A stretch of 18,510 bases of DNA from Candidatus Eiseniibacteriota bacterium (GTDB lineage Bacteria > Eisenbacteria > RBG-16-71-46), in the NCBI GenBank assembly GCA_031364845.1, contig JANLWX010000044.1, forward strand, positions 1-18,510, given 5' to 3'. Every line of letters starts with the position of its first letter. Position 1 is the stretch's first letter. The translations under genes were made by a program, and so were the position numbers. Under the pieces are notes generated by a model that saw only the letters and a program-made list of their open reading frames with translations, made no database searches and was not told the DNA's origin. Below are positions 1-7,709 of this stretch, in pieces.

Positions 1-514
1 ACACGAAGACCTTCCCCGGTGTGGCGATCAAATCGCGATACAGGGACTGATCCGACTCCGGCACGAACTGCGCCTCGATCGTGATGTTGTCCGACGGCCG
101 CCCGGGCTGCTCGGCGCGTACGCGGATCGTGATGTGCTTGGAGGGATCCGACCACTTGACCACGCCGGTCGACTCGCCGTTCTGCGAAGCCTGCGCGAAG
201 ACGATCGACGGGTAGCCGGGCAACGGGAGCCCCGAGCCCGCCGACTCCAGCAGATTCGTGGTCGCGATGATGGTCTTCGTGCGATCGACACCGCTCATCG
301 CGTCGTAGAACAGCTGCGTGCGCTGATAGGACGCCCGCATGAACTGAGCCTCGTAGCCCGAGAGCGAGAACAGCGAGAGACCGAGGATCGTGAGCGCGAG
401 TACCAGCATCACGACGCCGACCAGCACGAAGCCGCCTTCGTCGCGTGCTTCGTCTTGCGACATCGCGAAGGTGCCGCGGGGTTTGGACTCGGTGGCGTGG
501 TGGAGTGTGTTCAT
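1..514 (-). CDS. PilX/GspK-like minor pilin, 3' end runs off the window
   Basis: Not in the ORF track (no stop within the window). Manual translation from ATG 514 gives MNTLHHATESKPRGTFAMSQDEARDEGG|FVLVGVVMLVLALTILGLSLFSLSGYEAQFMRASYQRTQLFYDAMSG..., open to the edge. The G|F prepilin site with a hydrophobic helix and no Glu5 is typical of PilX/GspK, and the gene follows the PilV- and PilW-like genes. An in-frame GTG at 523 overlapping the upstream stop is an alternative start. Confidence 0.8.
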   Translation of the reverse strand, partial: MNTLHHATESKPRGTFAMSQDEARDEGGFVLVGVVMLVLALTILGLSLFSLSGYEAQFMRASYQRTQLFYDAMSGVDRTKTIIATTNLLESAGSGLPLPGYPSIVFAQASQNGESTGVVKWSDPSKHITIRVRAEQPGRPSDNITIEAQFVPESDQSLYRDLIATPGKVFV

Positions 515-519
515 CGTTC

Positions 520-1035
520 TCACGGTTTGTTGTACAGCGCGACCGATGACGCCATCTCGACCGGTTCGCCGGTGCCGGATCTCATCGAGAGGCGCCGCAC
601 GGTGACGACTTTGCCATCGCTGTCGAACTGAAGTCGGTCCACCTTGGAGCCCGCGATCGGACCCTCGTCAGGATTGCCCACCGATCCGCTGTGGACCGTG
701 CTGTCATCGACGCTCCAGAAAATCCGGCCGGTCTCGCTGCCCGAGGCGTCGAAGAGCGCGAGGAGCTGATGAAGCGAGTCCGGGTCGTCGGCGACATACG
801 CCAACGAAGCGCCGCGAGTCTGGCGGGTGATGCGCTCGATCACGAGGGTCGCATCACGCTGCGTGAGCGCCTGCGCCGAACCGTCGAGCCACACACCCTG
901 GGAATTGAGATAGAACGTCATCAACCCCACCATGACGATCGCTGCGAGCGCCATGACGATCGTGAGCTCGGTCAGGGTGATGCCGCGATCGTCGCGCACG
1001 CCCGGCTGCCTGCGTCCTGCCGCACGCTCTTCCAC
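520..1035 (-). CDS. Type IV minor pilin, PilW/GspJ-like
   Basis: Class III signal RDDRG|ITLTELTIVMALAAIVMVGLMTFY with Glu5, followed by AQALTQRDATLVIERITRQTRGA, a PilW-like amphipathic helix. Start placed at GTG 1035 (GAGG upstream). GTG 999 is also possible. The ORF-track start at 1179 overlaps the previous gene. Confidence 0.8.
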   Translation of the reverse strand: MEERAAGRRQPGVRDDRGITLTELTIVMALAAIVMVGLMTFYLNSQGVWLDGSAQALTQRDATLVIERITRQTRGASLAYVADDPDSLHQLLALFDASGSETGRIFWSVDDSTVHSGSVGNPDEGPIAGSKVDRLQFDSDGKVVTVRRLSMRSGTGEPVEMASSVALYNKP

Positions 1036-1043
1036 AGGGGGCC

Positions 1044-1469
1044 TCAGTTCGGAAGGAACAGCCGCGTCAGCGTGACCGTGTCCGGGATCGTGCCCTGCGA
1101 CCAGAACACTCGCACCGTGACCAGCTTGAGATCGTGCGGTTCCGTCGTTGCGGGGTCGTCGTACCACGACACGTTCCATTCTTCGCTGCCCACGCGATGT
1201 CCGCCATGATCGAACGGGGCCAGATGGGGAATGCCCGTCGCAAGGTTGACCGTGGGGTCGGAGCCGGCATGAAGGGTCTCTAGGCGTCTTTGTGCCACCC
1301 CCAAGGCCGCTCGCGCCGTCTCGTATCGGTTGATGAACGATCGGCCCAGCCCAAAGGAATGGGCCAGGCCGACGACAGCGATCGTCGCGATGACAGTCGC
1401 GACGATCGCTTCGACGAGAGAGAAGCCGGATTCAGTGCTGGGTTGTACGCTCGGTTCGCGTCCGATCAC
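1044..1469 (-). CDS. Type IV minor pilin, PilV/GspI-like
   Basis: ESG|FSLVEAIVATVIATIAVVGL prepilin motif. C-terminal LKLVTVRVFW strand typical of PilV/GspI-like proteins. The GTG start at 1469 overlaps the upstream pilin's TGA (GTGA coupling). Confidence 0.8.
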   Translation of the reverse strand: MIGREPSVQPSTESGFSLVEAIVATVIATIAVVGLAHSFGLGRSFINRYETARAALGVAQRRLETLHAGSDPTVNLATGIPHLAPFDHGGHRVGSEEWNVSWYDDPATTEPHDLKLVTVRVFWSQGTIPDTVTLTRLFLPN

Positions 1470-1921
1470 GACGTACAGGCGGCATCCTCTGACCACGTTG
1501 CACCCGCATTCGCACTCGCCGGATCCCGCACGTACGTGCAGCATACGGTCAGTCCTGCCGCGTCGTTCTTTCCGACCGCCGTGGCCGTGAACGAATCACC
1601 GCCGGATGCCGTAACCGTCACGGTCCAGCTGCGGGACAACTCGGCGAGATCGACTTTCAGATCGGTACCGTCGCCGGCTTCGGCGTAGAGATCCGCATCC
1701 GCCGAATAGGCCCCGGTCGCGGTTTCAGCCAGGGTCTTCTGGTAGTAGATCTGCTGAGCACTGATAACCGCAGCGATCGCACCCTTTGCTTCCGTGCGCT
1801 TCGCGTCCTTCACGTAGTTGATGTAGAGCGGCACGGCCACCGCGGCCAGAATGGCCACGATCACGATGACCACCATGAGCTCCATCAACGTGAAGCCCTT
1901 CTGATTGCGCAGCTTTCTCAT
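1466..1921 (-). CDS. Type IVa pilin (PilA/PilE-like)
   Basis: MRKLRNQKG|FTLMELMVVIVIVAILAAVAVPLYINYVKDAKRTEAK is a canonical N-methyl-Phe pilin N-terminus with Glu5 and Pro22. GAGGGG Shine-Dalgarno precedes ATG 1921. C-terminal cysteines are present. Confidence 0.92.
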   Translation of the reverse strand: MRKLRNQKGFTLMELMVVIVIVAILAAVAVPLYINYVKDAKRTEAKGAIAAVISAQQIYYQKTLAETATGAYSADADLYAEAGDGTDLKVDLAELSRSWTVTVTASGGDSFTATAVGKNDAAGLTVCCTYVRDPASANAGATWSEDAACTS

Positions 1922-2150
1922 GGCACCCCTCTGGTTTCCCCGGACGGAGAATCGGCCTGATCGAGGCGTTGAAGCCTGCCGCAAGTGTCTCACGGCGAGG
2001 CGGGTCTGGCCAGCCCCAGGGCCAATGATTGGCGAGGACGGGACCCCCTGAGGCGGGGGAACGTTTGGGAGGGCTTTAGTGCCCGGATGTGCATTGTTCC
2101 GCGAAGGCTCGCAAACTTCCCAACGGCGCGTGTTCAGCCCTCGAGGGAAG

Positions 2151-2180
2151 GCTGCGGCGCCGGCAAGCCGGCGCCGCGGC
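2151..2180 (-). terminator. GC-rich hairpin immediately after the pilC stop (terminator-like or mRNA-stabilising stem)
   Basis: The minus strand reads GCCGCGGCGCCGG-CTTG-CCGGCGCCGCAGC: 13-nt arms with one mismatch and a G(CUUG)C tetraloop, directly after TAA at 2181-2183. The following tract (CTTCCC) is only weakly U-rich. Confidence 0.55.
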
Positions 2181-3443
2181 TTAATGCCCCACCAACCCCT
2201 GGCGCATCGCCTGGCCGAGGTTGAAGATCGGCAGGTAGAGCGCGAGCAGCATGATCCCGATCACGCCTCCCAGCACCACGATCGCGATCGGCTCGATCAG
2301 CGAACTCAACCCGTCGACCGCCGCCGTCACCCGCTGCTCATAGAAGTCGGCGGTGCGGCTCAGGAGCTGGTCGAGCTGGCCGGTTTCCTCGCCGGTCGCC
2401 GTCATCTGGACCAGCATTTCCGGGAACGCGCCCGACTCGGCCATCGCGGTCGCCAGCGAACTGCCCTGCTCGACCCTAGTCCGCACGAAGTCGACGCCCG
2501 CCTCCATCACCTTGTTCCCGGGCACCGGACGCAGCACCCGCAGCGCATGCAGGATGTTGGTTCCGCTCGCGGTCAAGATCGACAGCGTTCGCGCGAATTT
2601 CGTCACCGAATAGAGCCGGATCAACGAGCCGAACATGGGGACGTGGAACTTCGCCTGATCGATGCGCAGGCGCGCGATGTCGGTCTGCGCCCACGCCCAC
2701 ACGGCGAACGCACCCATGATGAACAGGATCGTCACGATGATCAGGTTCTGGGTCACGATCTGGCTCAGCGTGAGCAGGATCTGGGTCGGCAGCGGCAGCG
2801 GGACCTTGAAGCGTTCGTAGATGCCGGAGAACATCGGAATGATCTTGAGCACCATCGCGCACAGCACGAGGAACGCGAACGACAGCACGAAGATCGGGTA
2901 GCGCAGTGCGGCTTCGACGCGCAGGCGCAGCGTTTCCGCGCGCTCGAGGTAGGTGGCGCTCTGGTCCATGATCTTGTCGAGCGTTCCGCTCATCTCGCCG
3001 GTCGCGACCAGGCTCACGAACACTTCGTCGAACGCGGCCGGATGCTTGGCCATGGCGATCGAGAGCGAGTCGCCCTTCTGGACGTCGTCGGCGACCTGCT
3101 CGAGCATCGCCGCAAGCTTGCGGTCGTAGTGGTCGCGGCTGATCGAGCGCAGCGAGCGTACCAACGGAAGGCCCGCGCCGATCATGGTCGAGACCTGCCG
3201 CGCGAACAGCGCGACCGAGCCGGGCTTGATGCGCTGGCGCCAGCGTTCGGCCGCCGCGCGCAGGCGGAGCGCGAAATCGCTGGACGCGGCGCGTTCGCCC
3301 GCGGGGACGCGGGTTTCGATCAGGACCGGGACGAGCTTCGAGGTCTCGAGAATCCGCAGCACTTCCTCTTCGGAAGCGGCGACTTCGATGCCTTCGTGGG
3401 AGCGCCCGCTCAGGTCGCGGGCCCGATAGAAGTAGCTAGGCAT
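2181..3443 (-). CDS. pilC: Type IV pilus inner-membrane platform protein PilC (T2SS F family)
   Basis: Motifs FARQVSTMIGAGLPLVRSL, GEMSGTLD, ALRYP, FARTLSILTASG, GEETGQLD, LIEP and LYLPIF give two T2SSF repeats. It lies downstream of pilB. Confidence 0.95.
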   Translation of the reverse strand: MPSYFYRARDLSGRSHEGIEVAASEEEVLRILETSKLVPVLIETRVPAGERAASSDFALRLRAAAERWRQRIKPGSVALFARQVSTMIGAGLPLVRSLRSISRDHYDRKLAAMLEQVADDVQKGDSLSIAMAKHPAAFDEVFVSLVATGEMSGTLDKIMDQSATYLERAETLRLRVEAALRYPIFVLSFAFLVLCAMVLKIIPMFSGIYERFKVPLPLPTQILLTLSQIVTQNLIIVTILFIMGAFAVWAWAQTDIARLRIDQAKFHVPMFGSLIRLYSVTKFARTLSILTASGTNILHALRVLRPVPGNKVMEAGVDFVRTRVEQGSSLATAMAESGAFPEMLVQMTATGEETGQLDQLLSRTADFYEQRVTAAVDGLSSLIEPIAIVVLGGVIGIMLLALYLPIFNLGQAMRQGLVGH

Positions 3444-3494
3444 GGTGGTGTTCCGCAGGGAGTTGGCTACCGCGTCGGATCATTCGAGCACCCA

Positions 3495-5219
3495 CTATAC
3501 GTGATCCGCCAGCGTTGCCGCGCGGATTTCCTCGATCGTCGTCATGCCTTCGAGCACTTTGCGGATTCCGGCCTTGCGCAGGGTCGTGAAACCGTCGGCG
3601 ATCGCGCCCTGCTTGATCTGGTCCTCGTTCAGGCCGTCGAGCACCATGCGGCGGACCTGCTTCGAAAGTGTCATCACCTCGAAAATCGCCGTGCGCCCGA
3701 CATAGCCGGTCTGCTTGCACGCGATGCAGCCGCGGCCGCGCGAGATCGTGTGGCCGAGCAGCGAGGTCCCGTCCTCGGCGAGCGAGGCGACGTGCTCGGG
3801 CTCGGCAACGAACGTCTCGCGGCAGCGGTCGCACACGCGGCGCACGAGGCGCTGGGCCATGACGAGCGTGATGGCCGAACCCACGAGATAGCGCGGAACG
3901 CCCATGTCGATGAGACGGGTCACGGTGCCGGCGGCATCGTTCGCATGGACGGTCGAGAGCACGAGATGTCCGGTCAAGGCGCTCTTGACCGCGATGTCGG
4001 CGGTCTCGGCATCGCGGATCTCGCCGACCATGATCACGTCCGGGTCCTGGCGCAGGATCGATCGCAGCGCGCGGGCGAACGTCATGCCGACCTTGTGGTT
4101 CGCGTGCACCTGGTTGACCGTCTCGATGTGGTACTCGATCGGATCCTCGACCGTCACCAGATTGCGATGGACGCTGCGGATCTCGCTCAGCGCCGAATAC
4201 AAGGTGGTCGTCTTGCCCGACCCGGTCGGTCCCGAGATCAGGATCATTCCGTACGGCAGGTAGATCGAGGTGCGGAACGCGTCGAGCGTGTCGCCTTCGA
4301 GTCCGAGCTTGCCGATCTCGCGCGCGAACGAGCGCTTGTCGAACAGTCGCAGCACCACCTTTTCGCCGTAGGCGGTCGGCAGAGTGGACACGCGGATGTC
4401 GACTTCGCGATCGGACAGGTGGACCGTGAGGCGGCCGTCCTGCGGCAGCAGGCGGATCGCGATGTCGAGGTCGGACAGCACCTTGATGCGCGAGACGATC
4501 GCCATCTGGAGGTTCTTCGGCGGCTTCATGGTCTCGTGCAGCACGCCGTCGATGCGGTAGCGCACGGTCATACGGTCGCGCATCGGCTCCACGTGAATGT
4601 CGCTCGCGCGCGCGTCGATCGCTTCGGCGAGCATCAGGTTCACGAGCCGCACGACCGGCGCGTCCTCGACCTGCTGGCGCAGCGTGGCGAGGTCGACGTC
4701 CTGCTCGCCGTCGGCGCCGCCGGTGAGATCGAGGGTGTCGAGGATCTCGCCGACCTTCTCGGTGGCGCGGATCTCCTGATAGAAGCCTTCGACCGCTTCG
4801 CGCACGTCACTCGGCCGCGCGAGCCAGATCTTGAGATTGCAGCCGGTGATCGCGCGCAGGTGATCGAGCGACACGACATCGAGCGGATCGCCGACCGCGA
4901 TGTCGAGCCCCTCTTCGGTGCGCCGCAGTGCCAGCACCATCGCCTGGCGCGCGAGCTGCTCGGGAACGATCGCGATCGCGTCGGGCTCGGCCTGCGACAG
5001 CGCCTCGGCGTCGGCCACCGGCAGCGAAAACTGCTCGCCCAGCAGATCGACGACTTCCTTCTCGTTCAGCAGCCCCATGCGCACGAGCGTCTGGCCGAGC
5101 CGCTCGCGCGGATCCTGCCGCTGCGTGAGCGCGTGCTGGAGCTGATCGGCGGACAGGCGGCCGCGGTCGACGAGCAACTCGCCGAAGCGCCGCGTCGAGA
5201 GCCGGAACGACAGGCTCAT
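3495..5219 (-). CDS. pilB: Type IV pilus assembly ATPase PilB (GspE/PulE family) with N-terminal MshEN domain
   Basis: ASDIHVEP, RYRIDGVL, PQDGR, Walker A GPTGSGKTTTLY, TVEDPIEY, LRQDPDVIMVGEIRD, His box TGHLVLSTVH, Zn tetra-Cys CDRC...CIAC and GYVGRTAIFE. Confidence 0.95.
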   Translation of the reverse strand: MSLSFRLSTRRFGELLVDRGRLSADQLQHALTQRQDPRERLGQTLVRMGLLNEKEVVDLLGEQFSLPVADAEALSQAEPDAIAIVPEQLARQAMVLALRRTEEGLDIAVGDPLDVVSLDHLRAITGCNLKIWLARPSDVREAVEGFYQEIRATEKVGEILDTLDLTGGADGEQDVDLATLRQQVEDAPVVRLVNLMLAEAIDARASDIHVEPMRDRMTVRYRIDGVLHETMKPPKNLQMAIVSRIKVLSDLDIAIRLLPQDGRLTVHLSDREVDIRVSTLPTAYGEKVVLRLFDKRSFAREIGKLGLEGDTLDAFRTSIYLPYGMILISGPTGSGKTTTLYSALSEIRSVHRNLVTVEDPIEYHIETVNQVHANHKVGMTFARALRSILRQDPDVIMVGEIRDAETADIAVKSALTGHLVLSTVHANDAAGTVTRLIDMGVPRYLVGSAITLVMAQRLVRRVCDRCRETFVAEPEHVASLAEDGTSLLGHTISRGRGCIACKQTGYVGRTAIFEVMTLSKQVRRMVLDGLNEDQIKQGAIADGFTTLRKAGIRKVLEGMTTIEEIRAATLADHV

Positions 5220-6334
5220 GGCGTGACCCCCGCCTCGCGCACCGGCGTCGTGCGGTAGTAGCGCTTCTGCAGTGCGGAGCGTTTCTCGACATCGTCGAAG
5301 TAGGCGTAGGCGGTTTCGAACGACACCGCGCCCCGCTCGACCAGCTCGGCCAGCGAGTCGTTGATCGAGATCATGTCGTCGCGCACGCCGGTCGCGATCA
5401 CATTCGAGATCTGATGGATCTTGTCCTCGCGGATCAGGTTCTGGATCGCGGGGTTCACGAACATGATCTCGCGCGCGGCCACACGGCCCGGCGTGTCGAT
5501 GCGCGGCAGCAGCACTTGCGAGACGACGGCGCGCAGCGTGAGCGACATCTGTGCGCGGATCTGCGGCTGCTGGCTCGCCGGGAACGCATCGATGATGCGG
5601 GTCACGGTCTGGGCCGCGGACTGGGTCGCCATGGTCGAGATCACGAGATTGCCGGTCTCGGCGGCGGTGAGCGCGATCGCCATGCTCGACAGGTCGCGCA
5701 TCTCACCGACGAAGATCACGTGGGGGAGCTGGCGCAACGCACCCTTCAGTCCGCGTGCGTAGCTGCGCGTATCCACGCCGACCTCGCGCTGGTCGAACAC
5801 CGCGCTGCCGGGGCCGAACACGAACTCGATCGGATCCTCGATCGTGACGATGTGGCGGCGCACCTCGGCGTGGTTCAGCTGCTCGAGGAGCGCTGCGATG
5901 GTGGTGGACTTGCCGGCGCCGGTCGGGCCGGTGACCAGCACCAGGCCGCGCGTGAGCGCCAGGATCCGGCTCACGACGTGCGGCGCGAGGCCGATCTCGG
6001 ACGGGAGCGGAATGCGCAGCGGCACGATCCGGATCGCCGCACCCCAATACCCGCGCTGGATGTAGAGGTTGATGCGGAAGTGCGCGATCTGGTCGGCGTG
6101 GTAGCGGGTGTCGAGCTCGAGGTCGCGCTCGAAGCGCTCGAGCAGCGCCGGGGAGAGGAAGCTCTGACCGATGCGGCGCGTGTCGTCGCCCGAGAGCACT
6201 TCGGAGTCCGCAAGCGGCTGCAGCTTGCCCGCGATCGTGACCAGCACCGGCTGGCCGGCGGTCAGGATGAGATCCGACGCGCCGAGTTCCACGGCACGTC
6301 GCAAGATCCAGTCGCGATCAAAAGAAACGGTCAT
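5216..6334 (-). CDS. pilT: PilT/PilU-family type IV pilus ATPase (atypical His box)
   Basis: GASDL, FRINLYIQRG, Walker A GPTGAGKSTT, TIEDPIEF, QREVGVDT, VGEMRD and an AIQNLIRE variant of the PilT AIRNLIRE signature. Its TGA overlaps the pilB ATG (ATGA). Confidence 0.9.
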   Translation of the reverse strand: MTVSFDRDWILRRAVELGASDLILTAGQPVLVTIAGKLQPLADSEVLSGDDTRRIGQSFLSPALLERFERDLELDTRYHADQIAHFRINLYIQRGYWGAAIRIVPLRIPLPSEIGLAPHVVSRILALTRGLVLVTGPTGAGKSTTIAALLEQLNHAEVRRHIVTIEDPIEFVFGPGSAVFDQREVGVDTRSYARGLKGALRQLPHVIFVGEMRDLSSMAIALTAAETGNLVISTMATQSAAQTVTRIIDAFPASQQPQIRAQMSLTLRAVVSQVLLPRIDTPGRVAAREIMFVNPAIQNLIREDKIHQISNVIATGVRDDMISINDSLAELVERGAVSFETAYAYFDDVEKRSALQKRYYRTTPVREAGVTP

Positions 6335-6727
6335 GCTCCGGAGTCGGGGTTGAGGTTCTACTGCCTCGAAGTTATCGACCGCGCCGCGCGTGTTTCTTCA
6401 TGCGGATTCCGGGGCGACGGGGAGCCGGACACCGGCGCAGGCGAAGGGACACCTTCGTGGTATTCGAAGGGCGGCAGTGAGCGCGAAACAATAGGAGCCG
6501 CGTGTTCGTGAGTCAACGGCGCGGCCCGGTTGGCGTCCTGCTTCACAACGCTCGCGACGCCTGCGCCTCGTGCATTACGAGCGGGCTGGCATTGCGTCCC
6601 ACAACGTGGCGCGTCCGTGCATGCGATCGGGCGTTCGCGCGTGTTCGAGACCGAAACGCCCAGCCCGGGCGGGCGTAACCGCGAATCTCGCCACCTTGCG
6701 TGCCCTACGCAGGTTGCACGATTGGAC

Positions 6728-6744
6728 GGGGCACACTCCGTGCT
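6728..6744 (+). promoter_or_regulatory. Candidate sigma-54 (-24/-12) promoter for the FN3/PorV operon
   Basis: GGGGCACACTCCGTGCT has GG at 6730-6731, exactly 10 nt, then GC at 6742-6743. It matches the GGCAC and TGCW cores of TGGCACG-N4-TTGCW and lies about 150 nt upstream of ATG 6895. It could be chance in GC-rich DNA. Confidence 0.35.
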
Positions 6745-6894
6745 CTGTCGCGACGCGCAACTCCTTGCACCAGCGCCGAATCAGGGGCGGACCCTTACGG
6801 CGACGCACACTACACCTTGGGACATTTGTTTCGCGGACGTCCCTGTGGGGCCCACCGGGTGGGTGGCTCGAACAGGGACCTTGCTGGAGGGGTC

Positions 6895-7701
6895 ATGAAG
6901 CTTCGCTCGATTCTCATCGCGGCGTGTGTCCTGGCAGCCATCGCCATCGTCACGCCGTCGCACGCGCAGGTCACGCACAACAGCGTGACCCTGTCGTGGA
7001 CCACGCCGGGCGACGACGGGTCGCTGGGTACTGCTCAACAGTTCGACCTTCGGTACTCGATGTCGCCCATCACGTCGTCCAACTTCTCGTCGGCCACACG
7101 GTGGTCGTCCACGCCCACCCCGACCTCGGCCGGCACGCGCCAGAGCGTCACGGTGACGGGACTGGAGGGCACGACCACCTACTACTTCGCGATCCGGACC
7201 GCCGACGAAGTCCCGAACTGGGCGCCGATCTCGAACGTGATCACGGCCACCACGACCGCTGCACCCGACGAGTCGCGTCCCGCTCCGCTCGCGATCTCCG
7301 TGAGCCTCGTGACCGACACGACGGCGACGCTGACGTGGTCGGCGGTCGGTGACGACAGCCTCACCGGAACCGCGACGAGCTACGACGTGCGCTACTCGAC
7401 GTCGCCGATCAATGCGTCGAACTGGGCGACCGCCAATCAGGTGACGGGCGAGCCGACTCCGAGTTCGCCGGGATCGTCGCAGTCGGTCACGGTGCGCAGC
7501 CTCTCGCGCCAGCAGACCTACTACTTCTGCGCGCGCACCACGGACAACAGCGGCAACATCTCGGGTCTCTCGAACGTTCCGAGCGTGACCACGCCCGACA
7601 CCATGTCGCCGGCTTCCATCCGCGACCTGGCGATCGGCTGGCTGTTCTTCGGCTGGCACGGCCTCGCGGCGGTTCGCGAAGCCGAGGCCGGGGTTCGCTG
7701 A
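6895..7701 (+). CDS. Secreted protein with two fibronectin type III domains (WTxPGDD type)
   Basis: GGAGGGG SD before ATG 6895. Sec signal MKLRSILIAACVLAAIAIVTPSHA|Q. Two repeats: SVTLSWTTPGDD...FDLRYS...VTGLEGTTTYYFAIRTADEVPNWAPISN and ATLTWSAVGDD...YDVRYS...VRSLSRQQTYYFCARTTDNSGNISGLSN. Confidence 0.88.
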   Translation: MKLRSILIAACVLAAIAIVTPSHAQVTHNSVTLSWTTPGDDGSLGTAQQFDLRYSMSPITSSNFSSATRWSSTPTPTSAGTRQSVTVTGLEGTTTYYFAIRTADEVPNWAPISNVITATTTAAPDESRPAPLAISVSLVTDTTATLTWSAVGDDSLTGTATSYDVRYSTSPINASNWATANQVTGEPTPSSPGSSQSVTVRSLSRQQTYYFCARTTDNSGNISGLSNVPSVTTPDTMSPASIRDLAIGWLFFGWHGLAAVREAEAGVR

Positions 7702-7709
7702 TCCCCGTC

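Noticed and set aside
2079..5258. 1059-aa plus-strand ORF and other long antisense ORFs (5414-6511, 10289-11374, 12593-13570, 14924-16984, 16855-17901)
   Set aside because: They are antisense shadows of well-supported genes. They are Arg/His/Ala-rich with no motifs, as expected from high-GC codon bias.
6607..6622. TGGCGCGTCCGTGCAT as a sigma-54 promoter
   Set aside because: There are only 9 nt between GG and GC, whereas sigma-54 requires 10.
6358..6898. Short ORFs in the pilT-FN3 gap (6358-6546, 6530-6898, 6575-6808)
   Set aside because: They have no motifs, no clear SD and atypical codon usage. The region is better explained as a divergent regulatory region.
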